Program-made: the position numbers and the translations under genes
Shown here: positions 1 to 12,395 of the stretch, piece by piece
How positions within the stretch are numbered: position 1 is the stretch's first letter
How the letters are laid out: each line of letters opens with the position of its first letter
The notes under the pieces: generated by a model
What the model was told of the DNA's origin: nothing
Databases searched by the model: none
What the model saw: only the letters and a program-made list of their open reading frames with translations
NCBI GenBank assembly: GCA_951406725.2
Contig: OX597821.1
Coordinates: forward strand, 77,438,001 to 77,502,000
DNA length: 64,000 nt
Direction: 5' to 3'
Source of the DNA: Octopus vulgaris
Taxonomy: Eukaryota

Positions 1-209
1 TCTGTCGTCCATGTTTTAATAGTTTTGGTTTCAACACATTGTCAGTCACAGATTATATCATTTTCCAGACTAATATATCTCCGAAATTCCGAGGGCTTCA
101 TCCTGGCTACCAAAATCACGAAGAATTCTGTTACTTGTTGCTTGAACAAAATAACAATTATGCCGCAATTTCACTTCATAAAACATTGCATCACTGAGAA
201 TTTACCCAA

Positions 210-598
210 GCGTGGCTGCATGGTAAGAAGCTTGCTTTCCTACCTCATGGTTCCCAGTTCAGTCCCACTGCGTGGCACCTTGGGCAAGTGTCTTCTACTA
301 TAACCTTGGGCAACCAAAGCCTTGTGAGTGGATTTCGTAGACGGAAACTGAAAAAAATGTGTGTGTTTGTGAGTGCGCGCGCGCGTGTGTGTGTGCACTG
401 TCACGCCCACCGCTTGACAACCAGTGTTGGTGTGTTTACGTTCCCGCAACTTATCAGATCGGCAAAAGGGTCCGATATAATACGTACCATACTTCGAATA
501 AATTAGCATTCGGGTCGATTCATTCGACGAAAAATTCTTCGAGGCGATGCCCCAGCATGGCCGCAGTCAAATGACTGAAACAAACGAACGATAAAGAG
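210..598 (+). mobile_element. tRNA-derived SINE, family A (bipartite, internal microsatellite)
   Basis: Head gtggctg..tggtaag..gttcagtcccactgcgtggcaccttgggcaagtgtcttctactata, internal (TG)n, 3' part cagcatggccgcagtcaaatgactgaaac; more than 12 copies in the window. Confidence 0.85.
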
Positions 599-620
599 GT
601 TTTGCAATTTTTTTTCTATA

Positions 621-975
621 GACGTAGGAGTGGCTGTGTGGTAAGTAGCTTTCTTACCAACCACATGATACCAGGTTCAGTCCCAGTGCTTGGCACCTTG
701 GGCAAGTGTCTTCTACTATAGCTTCGAGTCGACCAAAGCCTTGTGAGTGGATTTGGTCGTATATATATTTGTGTGTCTGTGTTCACCCCCACACACCCAC
801 ATCACTTGATGTTGGTGTGTTTACGTCCCCGTAACTTAGCGGTTCGGCAAGAGAGACCGATAGAATAAGTACTAGGCTTACAAAGAATGAGTTGTGGGGT
901 CGATTTCTTCGACTAAAGGCGGTGCTCCAGCATGGTGCTCCACAGTCGAATGACTGAAACAAATAAAAGAATAAG
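621..975 (+). mobile_element. SINE family A copy
   Basis: Same head, core and tail as 210-598. Confidence 0.85.
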
Positions 976-1327
976 GGAATAGATGTTAAATCAAGAATTA
1001 TGTGAAAGAGGGAAAGAAGAATATGTTTGTACATCTCTTGTCAATGACAACCTGGAAACGAAACAGTAAAAAGTCATGTAATAACAGCGAGGCGATGAGT
1101 GAACTTTGAAAATAACATAATATTACAGAAGGGCGAAACGAGAAAAAAATGTTACGAAAAGACAACGGAAAAAAGGGTGATAAAACATATTTTGTAGATT
1201 TAGACAAGAAAGTAGACCACCTTTTAAAGCAAGAACATACAAGCACTCCCCACCACCACACATGTATGCTGACACGTAAGCTCATACATACTGACATATA
1301 TAACAACACATATAGAAATACACACGG

Positions 1328-1364
<37 letters not shown>

Positions 1365-1390
1365 TATATATATATATGCGAATATAAACA

Positions 1391-1706
1391 AAAAGGGTAA
1401 TAATATAGATTACTACCAGTGGCTCAGCACAAAAGACGAATTAGTCATTAAACAAAATATTATTCATATAGAAAAATATTATTCATGTAGAAATATAATT
1501 AAGGGCTCCTAAATAAGGATGCCAAGTGCTGGGAACACAAAAAGGAGATAAATTTATCGAGAGTGAAAATCAAAAACATTTACCGATAACTTTATATGAA
1601 AGTTATTTCTACATGAATAATATTTTTCTATATGAATAATATTTTGTCTAATGACTAATTCGTCTTTTGTGCTGAGCCACTGGTAGTAATCTATATTATT
1701 ACCCTT

Positions 1707-1708
<2 letters not shown>
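1391..1708. repeat. ~105-bp inverted repeat pair between microsatellites (PLE-like inverted terminus)
   Basis: 1391-1495 is the near-exact reverse complement of 1605-1708; abuts (TA)n. Confidence 0.75.
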
Positions 1709-1765
<57 letters not shown>

Positions 1766-1989
1766 TTGTTTATATCTCAAGAATTTAGAAGCTTTCGAGA
1801 GAACGTGGAAATATTTTTTCTGGGAATTGGATCTCGAAGTACACAAATGATAGCATGGAAATATGCAAATATTGGGTTGAAAAGCCCCTTTTGGAGAGAA
1901 AATGTCCCACGGGCAACTTTCGACGTTTTATATCCAAAAGTCTTTTTCAACTGAATATTTACATGGTGTTATTTATATCTCTATATGTA

Positions 1990-2190
1990 CAATAATCTCT
2001 CGACTACCGCGGGTGTTACGTTCCAAAACACCCCGCGATAGGTGAAAATCAGCGAAGTAGAAACAGTACTGTAATGTTTTTTTTAATTTTTATAATTTGT
2101 ATATATTTATTTTATTATAAATGCAAAAGTACACCACAGAGGAATCGGTGTAAGCTTAATAATAAACCGCGATATGGCGCTGGATTACTG
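1990..2190. mobile_element. pogo/Tigger-like MITE
   Basis: TA|caataatctctcg..cgcgg ... ccgcgatatggcgctggattactg|TA: imperfect TIRs with TA target duplication. Confidence 0.55.
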
Positions 2191-2399
2191 TACTTCGAGT
2201 CCAAATTCCAAGAATTATTGTGTGTGGTGTCTGTGTGTCTGTATGTCTGTATGTCTGTGTACATATATCTACATATATGTAGATATATATGTGTGTGCGT
2301 GTGTGTAAGGGCCTTGTTTCAATGGGATACTAGGGGACAAGTCCTCCACCTCCATTTTTTAAGGAACGAGGGACAGACCATCTTTTTCCCCATCAAAAA

Positions 2400-3435
2400 T
2401 CATGGAAATTTAAGCACGCGTATTTATCACAACATTATGAAGAAAATGAAGTATCGTCACCACGCTCCTTAAAATCTGTGTGCCCTACTCATTGGCGAAC
2501 ACGACTTCCTGCAGTCAAAGCCTTTCTTGAAAAGTATTCAGATGTCCTCGTTTCTTTACAAAAGACAACAAATGAGTTTGGCTCCAACATTACATCCAGA
2601 GTCAATGGTATTCATACGTGTCTCCCTACGGGCCAACGTGTTCTTGGATATCATGTTGTAGTTCCATTACTTCAACTCCTTGCAGGATTGAACAAATCTT
2701 TTCAAAGTACCGCCATCAGTCTAGGTGGCATGTTGCATAGTATCAAACTGGTGCAGGAGGAGCTAAAATAATCTACGCAGTAAAGAAAAATTACAGGAGC
2801 TGTTCAATACAGCAGAAACTGATGATTTATCAACTTGATATTTCTCCTTTGGAGTTTCCCAGGCAACGAAAAGTTCCTGAAAGATATCAGGAAGGAAATG
2901 CGTTAAAGTATCAACACTGCACTGTTTTGGATCATTGCAGAGTGCAGTATTTGCAGGTAGTGGATACTGCAATAGCAAATTTGAAAGATTTATTTTTTCA
3001 CAGGATTTAGCAGATTGTGAAAAACTGAGCAATATTTTACTCAGTGGAAATTTTTGTGTTCAAGTGACCATGCAGTATCTAGAGCTTGATGGATTTTCTT
3101 TCAGCAATGAAATACATTTTTATAGAAACCATCATTGCGGATCATCTCTTGAGGGTCATCGCAAAATATTCAGCGAAATGCAACCAGAAGTCTGTCGCAT
3201 GTTTCCAAATGATGAGTGATTGCTCAGGCTATTTATGGTGTGAAGCTGAAATATCTTTTAGTCTCTGCGGAAACTCAAAACTTGGCTTCGATCTACCATG
3301 ACTCAGCAATGGTTGAATCATATTCGAATATGCCACGTTCAAAGAGATGTTTTGAAAAAGATTGGTTGCGAAGAAGTTGCTAAATTATTTATTGACAGCA
3401 ATGATGCGAAATATATTACATTTGGAAAGTTCTAA
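2400..3435 (+). pseudogene. Degenerate hAT-superfamily transposase (C-terminal half with dimerisation domain)
   Basis: Frameshifted ORFs: LKSVCPTHW (L..LC.TRW motif) and C-terminal CEAEISFS..RKLKTWLRSTMTQQWLN, typical of the hAT dimerisation domain. Confidence 0.8.
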
Positions 3436-3565
3436 AAGACAATAAATTTATTCAAAATGTATTTTATACTTTTTTTTATTCAAACCTCTATATTTCAGTT
3501 CTATATTTAAGAGATGGGGAATTATTTACAATTGACGGATATTTGTCCTCATCTTGTTTATTGTT

Positions 3566-3611
3566 AACACAACGTTTCGGCTGATATACCCTCCAGCCTT
3601 CATCAGGTGTC
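3566..3611 (-). ncRNA. Minimal type I hammerhead ribozyme
   Basis: gacac CTGATGA aggctg-gagggtatat-cagcc GAAAC GT T gtgtt: stem I gacac/gtgtt, stem II ggctg/cagcc, palindromic ACGT stem III. Confidence 0.75.
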
Positions 3612-3787
3612 TTGAGGAAATTTCAAACCTGAGTTCTCATTCCTAAGGTATTTTTCGATGTTATTATTATAATTATTCAGGTCACTGCCTGGAATCGAAC
3701 TCAGAATCTTGGGGTTAGTAGCCCATGCACTTAACCACTACGCCATATGCCCCTAGGCTATTATGTCCAGGTTCGAAATTTCCCCAA

Positions 3788-3833
3788 GACACCTGAAGAA
3801 GGCTGGAGGGTATATCAGCCGAAACGTTGTGTT
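3788..3833 (+). ncRNA. Minimal type I hammerhead ribozyme (inverted copy)
   Basis: gacac CTGAAGA aggctggagggtatatcagcc GAAAC GTT gtgtt. Confidence 0.72.
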
Positions 3834-3878
3834 AACAACAAAAATGAGGACAAATATCCGTCAAATGTAAATAATGTC

Positions 3879-4292
3879 GAGTGGCTGTGTGGTAAGTAGC
3901 TTGTCTACCAACCACATGGTTCCGGGTTCCGTCCCACTGCGTGGCACCTTGGGTAAGTGTCTTCTACTATAGCCTCGGGCCGACCAAAGCCTTGTGAGTG
4001 AATTTGGTAGACGGAAACTGAAAGAAGCCCGTCGTATATATGTATATATATGTGTATATGCGTGTGTGTGTTTGTGTGTCTGTGTTTGTCCCCTAGCATT
4101 GCTTGACAACCGATGCTGGTGTGTTCATGTCCCCGTTACTTAGCGGTTCGGCAAAACAGCCCGATAGAATAAGTACTGGGCTTACAAAAGAATAAGTCCC
4201 GGGGTCGAGTTGCTCGATTAAAGGCGGTGCTCCAGCATGGCCGCAGTCAAATGACTGAAACAAGTAAAAGAGTAAAAGAGAAAGAGTAAAGA
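3879..4292 (+). mobile_element. SINE family A copy
   Basis: Near-consensus full-length copy with (gtaaaaga)n-like tail. Confidence 0.88.
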
Positions 4293-4827
4293 GTATACTC
4301 ATATTTTGGGTTTTATTTTTCTTGTTTGCACCGACATACCTATATATATATATATATATCACTAGAATATTAAATGAAAAAGGAAATAATGTAAGCTTCT
4401 AATAATGCAGTGATAAAAGCTGAGCTAAAAGCCTTTATATTTCGGGCGCAACAACTCATGTTCAGAAGAGTACAGTCAAAGAAATGTGTCTGCGTAGATT
4501 CTGCCATTTGGATTGCTGGATGGGCTGTATCTCGTTTTAGTCCGCTGCTTGTGCTAGTAGCAGCAATTCTCCAAATCATTGTGTTGTTGGTTCTGTAGAG
4601 GTCACATTGGAGGCGGTGGAGGAAGACTGGCCATAGGTTGGCAGCAATTACGGTGAAAGGGATTATCACTTGTGGAAAATCCCGTGATAGTAGTCGGTGA
4701 TAGTGCTTTTCTTCATTGGTGTTGTTGGCGATGGTGGTAAATATCGTGGTTGTAGTCGGTGATGGTGACGGTGTTAGTTGGTCTTTTAGCAGTCATTGAC
4801 AAGGCGGTGGCAAACAACAGCAACAGG

Positions 4828-4934
4828 TAGAGGCGCAATGGCCCAGTGGTTAGGGTAGCGGACTCGCGGTCGTAAAAACGCGGTTTCGATTCCCAGATCG
4901 GGCATTGTGTGTGTTTATTGAGCAAAAGCACCTA
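4828..4934 (+). mobile_element. tRNA-derived SINE, family B, 5' part
   Basis: ggcgcaatggcccagtggttaggg..ggactcgcggtcg..ggtttcgattccc; homologous to 53957-54312. Confidence 0.75.
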
Positions 4935-5590
4935 TATGGTGCACCATGCCAGACATTTACCCGCGTCGCGAATAGGACAGTTTACCAGTGTGCAAGGTTG
5001 TTGTTCGGCGCGTGATCTCCTCGTTGGCAGGTGGCTACGCAGCAACGTTCCCCAGTGGGCAAGCAGGCTGTCAGGGCCTTCTCTGGAGATGGGTTTACGG
5101 ATGACAAAGGTTGTCTTCTCTCTAAAGTGGGGAATTCTCAGGAAGTAAATTCTAAAGAAATCCCTCTTGCCACGTTTATTTGGCATATGTCTGTGTAGAC
5201 TGTTTGTAACAGGCACTGGATATCCGTTGATTCTAGTTATCTTGAGCAATCATGCAACTTGTGTCCTGGCTAGCACTGACATTGCATCTGTTGTGTATAT
5301 GAGTGATCTTATTTTGTGTGTAGCCGGTCTTAGCCCTGATGGGGATGGCCGACGTGTAATAGACGAAGAGGTCTTGACAAGTTGTCTTTCGATAGAATGC
5401 TGTGTCGATTCTTCCCCCGTCCGTGAAGCTTAAACGTAAGTCAAGCAAGGGGAACGAACCATCGTCATTCGGGTGTTCGATGGGGAAATATGTATGCTGG
5501 CCCATGTTAGTGAAGATTTCCAGTATGGCGAAGGCATCCTCAGAGGATGAAGTGAGCATGAGGATGAAGTCCATATACCTGGTTAAGAAG
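4935..5590 (-). pseudogene. Penelope-like element RT (C-terminal/thumb) fragment
   Basis: FPIEHPNDDGSFPLLDLRL..DTAFYRKTT..YTSAIPIRAK..NGYP resemble PLE RT motifs (F.LD, YRK.T, NGYP); frameshifted. Confidence 0.75.
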
Positions 5591-6049
5591 GCACATAAAC
5601 GGCAGGTACTGAGTGCCCGCAGAGAGACATATAATTACATTATAATTACATATATATTTGCTGCTATTAAATGTATGCCGTCTGTAAATCAGTCAACCCA
5701 GTTGATCTCGAGTAGGAGAACTAATGCATTAATATGTTTCTATTCACTAATATGTTGTTTATTTAAGGCGGGAGAGCGTCTAGTGCGTGTTTTCGATTGT
5801 AATGTGCGATATGAAAATCGATATTATCCAGGCAGGAATAGCTGACCTTCATGCTACTGGTGTCCAAGGGCTTGTTGTATTTGTGCGTCAGTGGAAAGTA
5901 TACTCCTCGACATATTAGTGTTTACAGTGTTGTAGAAAGGGGATTAGACCAGGTTAGCTTTTTCTTCATGTTTCATTCATGAGTTTATGGTGTGATGTCT
6001 TTATATTTTGTCTATTTTTGTCTTATACACGCACACTTATTTTATGTAT

Positions 6050-6387
6050 GTATACACACACACACACTCACACACACACACACACACTCACACACACACA
6101 TACACACACACACATATATATATATACACACGCTCACACACACACACATATATATTCACACACATAAATATATTTAAACAAATATACATGTATACGTACG
6201 CATATACATTCATATATATGCATGTATATGAGTGCGTGCGTGTGTATGTAAGTATATACAGATAGATAGACAGACAGACAGACAGATATATAGACAGACA
6301 GACAGACGGACAGGCAAACAGATAGACGGACAGACAGATAGATAGACAGACAGACAGACGGACAGACAAACAGATAGACAGACAGAC

Positions 6388-6468
<81 letters not shown>

Positions 6469-6544
6469 CACACATACATAATAAATACATATATACATAC
6501 ATACATAGATATGTACGCGTGTAAGTATATAAATATGCAAGCAA

Positions 6545-6596
<52 letters not shown>
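6050..6596. repeat. Compound microsatellite (CA)n/(GACA)n/(GATA)n/(TG)n
   Basis: Direct inspection. Confidence 0.95.
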
Positions 6597-6597
<1 letters not shown>

Positions 6598-7309
6598 GAT
6601 ATATAACAACACCATGCCACGATAAAACAACCAACATTAAATTTATCATCATTAACATCCTACTCATCATCATCATCATCATCGCCTTTATCGTGCAGAT
6701 CGCCATCACCATCGTCTTTAACAACAATAACAAGAAATGCGACGATAGAGATGACAACGAAGAGAAACTGCAAAAGAAAACACAAAACAACAGCAAACAT
6801 TACTAAACTGACAGAGAACCAATAACGACAGAAATTGATGAATACAAACAGCTGGAGAAAACAATTAGCAACAACAATAACAACAACAACAATAGCAACA
6901 ATAATAACAACAACATAATTCAGAGATCTGCTGCCAGAAGAAGTTAGCAATATTTACAAAAAAAAAACGAATAAAACTAAACGTTCTTTGGGGCGGGGTG
7001 GCGGGGTGGCGGGGGTGGCGAGGCACTGAAAAATCTGGTGTGGAAAGAAGGGTGTATCTAGCTAAAATATAAAGCAGATTGAGATGGAACATGAAAGACA
7101 TAGACAACGAAGAAACAACGGAATTGGTGTGAAGAGCGAAAAGAAGAAGAAGAAGAAAAATGAAGAAAAAAAAAGCAGGAGAAAGTGGAGGAGGGGGGGA
7201 AGGATAAACGAAAAACGAAAAAGTGAACTTTACTGTCAATGTAGCGTGGCAAGTAAGCAGCACGTTGAAGAGAGGGAGAGGAAAAGGCGGGGGTGGGGGA
7301 ACGGTTGGA

Positions 7310-7710
<401 letters not shown>

Positions 7711-7956
7711 ATTCTTTTATTCTTTTGTCTGTTTCAGTCATTTTCACTGCGGTCATGCTGGAGTACCGCCTTTAGTCGAGCAAGTCGACCCCTGGACTTA
7801 TTCTTTGTAAGCCTAGTACTTATTCTATTGGTTCCTTTTGCCGAACCGCTAACGTACGGGGACGTAAACGCACCAGCATCGGTTGTCAAACGATGTTGTG
7901 TGGGGTGGTGGTGGACACACAAACACACAAACATACACAGACGCAGACACACACAC

Positions 7957-8009
<53 letters not shown>

Positions 8010-8107
8010 ACGGGAAGCTTTATGAAAATAGACAAAAGACGAAGGCAGGTGGAAAACAAACGAACAATTGTATTAGTATGGCGCTCAGGAAATATAAATA
8101 AAACAAG

Positions 8108-8145
8108 TCTTTAACGTTTCGAGCCTACGCTCTTCAACAGAAAGA
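8108..8145 (-). ncRNA. Hammerhead-like motif (variant core CUGUUGA) in PLE tail
   Basis: tcttt CTGTTGA agagc-gtag-gctc GAAAC GT T aaaga; stems I and II pair, core has an A6-to-U deviation. Confidence 0.55.
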
Positions 8146-8389
8146 TACACAGAGAGAAAAAAACACAGAAAGAAGGAGAGAAAAAAAATGCGTGCAGTAG
8201 CTAACGAATCAACATGGCGATCTGATTTCGGCCAGAGGTCAAAGATCAAACATGAGACGCGAGAGCGAAATAAGGGGAGATAATAGGGTTGATAATAGGG
8301 TTGATAATAGGTTGAAGGACCAGCTAATAGTGCGTAGGAGGGGTCTGGACGTGTGTATGTATAGGGTTGGTGTATGTATTAGTATGTAT

Positions 8390-8426
<37 letters not shown>

Positions 8427-8679
8427 AGAGAGTATTAGTGCGTAGGATTGGTCTGGACGTGCGTATGTATGGGGTTGGTGTATGTATTAGTATGTATTAG
8501 TATGTATTAGTACGTATTAGTATGTATAAGTGTGTGTGTGTGTGTGTATGAGAGAGTTATAGTGCGTATGAGGGGTCTGGACGTGTGTATGTATAGGGTT
8601 GGTGTATGTATTAGTATGTATTAGTATGTATTAGTACGTATTAGTATGTATTAGTTGGTGTATGTATTAGTATGGCACA

Positions 8680-10113
8680 TCATATATGATGTGATGTGTA
8701 AAGTCGTGTGGTGTAGTGAGGAGAAGAGGGGAGGGGGAGAAGAGGGGGGAGAGAAGGGGAAGAAGAGGGGGAGGAGAGGGGGGAAGAGGAGAGGAGGGGG
8801 AGAGAGAGGAGGGGGAGAAGGATGGGGAGGAGGGGGAAAGAGGGAGAGGGGGAGAGAGAAGGGGAGTGAGGGAGCAGAGGGAAGGGGAAGAGGGAAGGAG
8901 GGAGGGAGAAAGAGGGAAGAAGGGAAGGGGAGTAGGGGTGAAAGGATGAAGGACTGAAGAAGTAGGGGTCGGGGGAAAGGATAGGTGAGGAGGGGGAGAG
9001 GGGGGATGAGGAGGGGGGAGAGTTGAGACCAAATGGCGTATAAGAGCGAAGAGAGAAGATTAATTCCTGTTCACGGCGCAAACGGGAATCCGGATGGCCT
9101 CTGTGTAAGGACAAACCGAACACAGATAGGTGTTGCAAGGAGTGACCGGTGGAGCGGAAATGGCGTGAGACCGGTGTGTCGTTCGCAAGGTGGATGTCAC
9201 GAAGGTGTTCCGCGAACCGGTCAGCCAAGCGGCGTCCCGTTTGTCCGATGTACAAGGAATTGCAGAGAGAGCAAGAGATGCAATAGATAATATTGCTGGA
9301 GGTGCAGGTGAAGGAGTGGATGATGGGATAGGGTCGATGGTGGGTGCTAGTGAGGCGGGTGGTGTTGGAGAGGTAAGGGCAAGTGCGGCAACGTGGGCGG
9401 GAGCAGGGGAACGAGCCGGGTTGGGAGGTAGGGTCAGGGAAGGAGCTATGGACCAAAAGGTCTCGAAGGTTGTGGGCTCGTTTGAAAGAGGGGAGGGGTC
9501 GGTTAGGGAAGAGGTGTGAAGTGGACGGGTCGGACTGGAGATGACGGAAAGCTCGAAGAATGGTGCGTTGGAGACGTAGGGTCGTGGGGTGGTAAGTGAG
9601 GGGAAAAGGGAGGCGGGAGACTACAGGGCGGGTTCGGGGAGAGAGAGCAGATACACGGTCCACGGACCGTGCTCTGGCAAGGGCGGTGTGGATAGTGGTG
9701 AGGGGGTATCCATGTAGAGTGAAGTGGTGAGCCATACGTTGAGACTGAGTCTCAAAGTCATGGTCGTCACTACAGAGCCTACGTAGACGGAGGAATTGGG
9801 AATAGGGGATGGAAAGCTTGGTGTGTTCTGGGTTGGAGGAAGAGAAGTTGAGGTATGAGTGTGAGTCTGTGTGTTTGTAGTGAATGGAGGTGGTAAGAGT
9901 GGAGTGAAGAATGCTAACCGAAATGTCGAGGAAGGAGACAGAGGTGTTGGAGATAGTGGAAGTGAAGTGGAGGGCTGGATGGAAAGATTGGACGAAAGAG
10001 AGGAAGGAATCTAGATGTTCGCGGGAGAGTGAGGTGGCACCGATAATGTCGTCGATGTAACGACCATATAGTTCAGGAGTGGGACCAGTGAAATTAGAGA
10101 ATATTTGGGCCTC
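8680..10113 (-). CDS. PLE RT C-terminus plus GIY-YIG endonuclease (5'-truncated open frame, no start codon)
   Basis: Frame extends upstream of the 9735 ATG: GRYIDD..FLD..HYKHTDSHSYL..SIPYSQFLRLRRLCS..HGYP; then C-x4-C-x2-C, NIIYCISC..YIGQT..RFAEH, EQELI..PFGLN. Confidence 0.85.
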   Translation of the reverse strand, partial: EAQIFSNFTGPTPELYGRYIDDIIGATSLSREHLDSFLSFVQSFHPALHFTSTISNTSVSFLDISVSILHSTLTTSIHYKHTDSHSYLNFSSSNPEHTKLSIPYSQFLRLRRLCSDDHDFETQSQRMAHHFTLHGYPLTTIHTALARARSVDRVSALSPRTRPVVSRLPFPLTYHPTTLRLQRTILRAFRHLQSDPSTSHLFPNRPLPSFKRAHNLRDLLVHSSFPDPTSQPGSFPCSRPRCRTCPYLSNTTRLTSTHHRPYPIIHSFTCTSSNIIYCISCSLCNSLYIGQTGRRLADRFAEHLRDIHLANDTPVSRHFRSTGHSLQHLSVFGLSLHRGHPDSRLRREQELIFSLRSYTPFGLNSPPSSSPLSPSSPILSPDPYFFSPSSFHPYSPSLLPSFSLPPSLFPFPLLPHSPSLSPSPSFPLLPILLPLLSLPLLSSSPLSSPSSSPSLPPLLPLPSSPHYTTRLYTSHHI

Positions 10114-10281
10114 AATATATACGATGGGCTTCTTTCAATTTCCATCAACCAAATCCACTCAGAAGGCTTTGGTTGTCCCGAGGCTATAGTAGAAGACACA
10201 TGCCCAAGGTGCCACGCAGTGAGACTGAACCCGGAACCATGTGGTTGGTAAGCAAGCTACTAACCACACAGCCACTCCTGC

Positions 10282-10409
<128 letters not shown>

Positions 10410-10717
10410 CGAGAGAGAGAGCGAGAGAGGATAGATAGATAGAGAGAGAGAGAATGAGAGGTGGTGATGGAGCGCTGGGTGAGCCAGTCGCAATTGGCCG
10501 GAGAGATTATAATTTCTCAGATAAAGAGAGTTCCACTTACAGAGCTAAGCCTTTGTCCCCCAATAAACCATTGCAATCGAAACATATCGTCCCGTTCAAA
10601 TTTATGTCCGTAATAAATTTGACGACTTTGCTGCATAATTTGAAAGTTATCTGCAGTAAGAACTTCTTTCATTATTGCATATAATTTAATGCATATTATT
10701 GCATATAATTTAATGCA

Positions 10718-10932
10718 CGCAGGAGAGGAGCTTTCTCCGTCCGGGTTGCGGATCCGTGGAACAAGCTGCCAGACGAGATGGTGAAGATGCCGACGACCGC
10801 TTTGTTCAAAGCCTCCCTTGACCTCAAGTGGCCTGAACTCTTTACATGAACACCACCCTGTACTTAACTCCATGTCCCCCTACATGGCCTTGCTATTTGC
10901 TTTTGAGCCAAATTAACTAACTAACTAACTAA
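10718..10932 (+). mobile_element. CR1-like LINE 3' end
   Basis: RRGAFSVRVADPWNKLPDEMV..FKASLD C-terminus followed by (CTAA)n tail. Confidence 0.8.
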
Positions 10933-11099
10933 TGATTTAACAACCAACCGTACCCCAACCACAACACACGTGCTTGCTCGTTTTTATTGCAAACACGCAT
11001 CACGCACAAAAATCCTTCATTAGCTCATTGACTACCATTGTTTAGCGTCAAGTCAGTCTTTGTCATGAAGACTAACGAGCGAAAGCCTTTCGTCCGTGA

Positions 11100-11380
11100 C
11101 CATCCTAAAACTTTCTGTGTTTCTGGAAAGATCTTCAAACAGCTCCTTGATCTTGGCCGCCAGCTACGCTTTGGTGTTGAAAGCAGAGCTGTTGGTGGCT
11201 TTCTCAACTCTACTTCACACACAGTAATCCACGAGATTACAGTCGGGGTGGCAGGGGATTAGGAGACCAGGAATCGGGGCTGATGAAATCGTAGAGATTC
11301 TCCGTCAGTAACTTCTGACTCTGCAGGAATGGCAAGGAGCCGAACCCTGCTACGACGCGTCCAATGCAACTTCCCCATTT
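11100..11380 (-). pseudogene. Tc1/mariner-superfamily (maT-like) transposase fragment
   Basis: ENLYDFISPDSWSPN..PDCNLVDY resembles the WPP.SPD.NP.DY motif. Confidence 0.65.
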
Positions 11381-12395
11381 TATAAAACTAAGGGAAGTTT
11401 GGCTTAGTGAAACTTGTCTACTATTTCTGGATGGTCGAGCAACCACGTCGATGTCTCTTCGTTATCTTGTTATCATTATCACCAGGATTTATGAAGTTAC
11501 CGATGAAAATATGGGCAGTATTTTCATCACTGCTCGGAAAGCTAACTCACAAACTGCGGGTGAAATTACAAGCAAATTAAAACCTTTGATAATTTTTGTG
11601 AGACGCGCTGCCCTCAACATGCGAGATTGACAAAGATGACTTAATACAACGTTCAGACATTCAGTGAACTTGCAGAGGATAAATTTGACATAATTCTCAT
11701 AATTAAAAGCAGAGAAAAGGCTGATGGACTGAGAGAAGAGCCAGAGCACAAGCCAAAACACCTTGCGATATTTCCTTCGAATGTTCTGAGTTCAAATTCC
11801 ACCGATGTCGATTTTGCCTTTCAGCTCCCCCGCCCCCACCTCCCCCGGCTTGATAAAAATAAAGTCAGATACACTTTTAACTCTACAATGTACTTTTGTC
11901 TTGAGTAAGATGGAGCAGATGTAAGCATCCGGTTTTAGTGGATTAAATACTGCATCTGGGTTTCGATTTCTGTCCACAGTCATACGTCGATTACATTGCA
12001 CCCTGAATTTTCCTTGAGAAAATCTTATGTATCGCCCCCTCACTGTAACCTTTCTTCTCTTCCACCAATAAATCCCAAATTAAATATAAAAAGAAGTCAA
12101 TAAGACCAGTTTTGTTATTGTTATTCTTTTCGTAAAACCCTACTTTAGAAGTTTATACTCTGCTTCACGGCTTAATACCTACTTCAATACTTACTCATGT
12201 AAAGATGTAAAAAGAAACATAAATTGAAATAACTAGGGATGGGGAAAGTAGCTGTTTTAGTAAATTAACATCATTCAAAATAAAAATTGTCTGATTTTCT
12301 TAAGTAGGAATAGATTAGTGAGAATGGAAACCCAACCAGCGGATTCAAGCTTAACAGAATTTATGTTTCTCTGTAACTTTCGTTATACACACATA

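Larger units (their letters stand above)
3495..3876 (-). mobile_element. tRNA-headed, hammerhead-containing SINE/retrozyme-like element with inverted terminal copy
   Basis: Minus-strand tRNA-like head at 3753-3680 (A box TGGCGTAGTGG, B box GAGTTCGATTCC), then HHR at 3611-3566; 3521-3631 is inverted at about 3768-3875. Confidence 0.7.
8007..10114 (-). mobile_element. Penelope-like retroelement (Neptune-like), 5'-truncated, young
   Basis: RT plus GIY-YIG ORF, CT-rich 3' region, 3' tail with HHR-like motif, both ends in TA context. Confidence 0.92.

Noticed and set aside
2400-3435. Domesticated ZMYM1/ZBED-like host gene
   Set aside because: Multiple frameshifts and stops and no N-terminus; a transposase relic
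3680-3753. Functional tRNA gene (apparent ACT anticodon)
   Set aside because: Acceptor, anticodon and T stems pair poorly, so it is treated as a tRNA-derived SINE head
8715-9022. Pro/Ser-rich C-terminal protein domain or special G-quadruplex locus
   Set aside because: Low-complexity tract following the GIY-YIG end (PFGLN); the ORF extension probably just reflects the lack of stops in CT-rich DNA
10914-10932. Telomere-like (CTAA)n
   Set aside because: Short tetranucleotide tail of the CR1-like LINE, not TTAGGG
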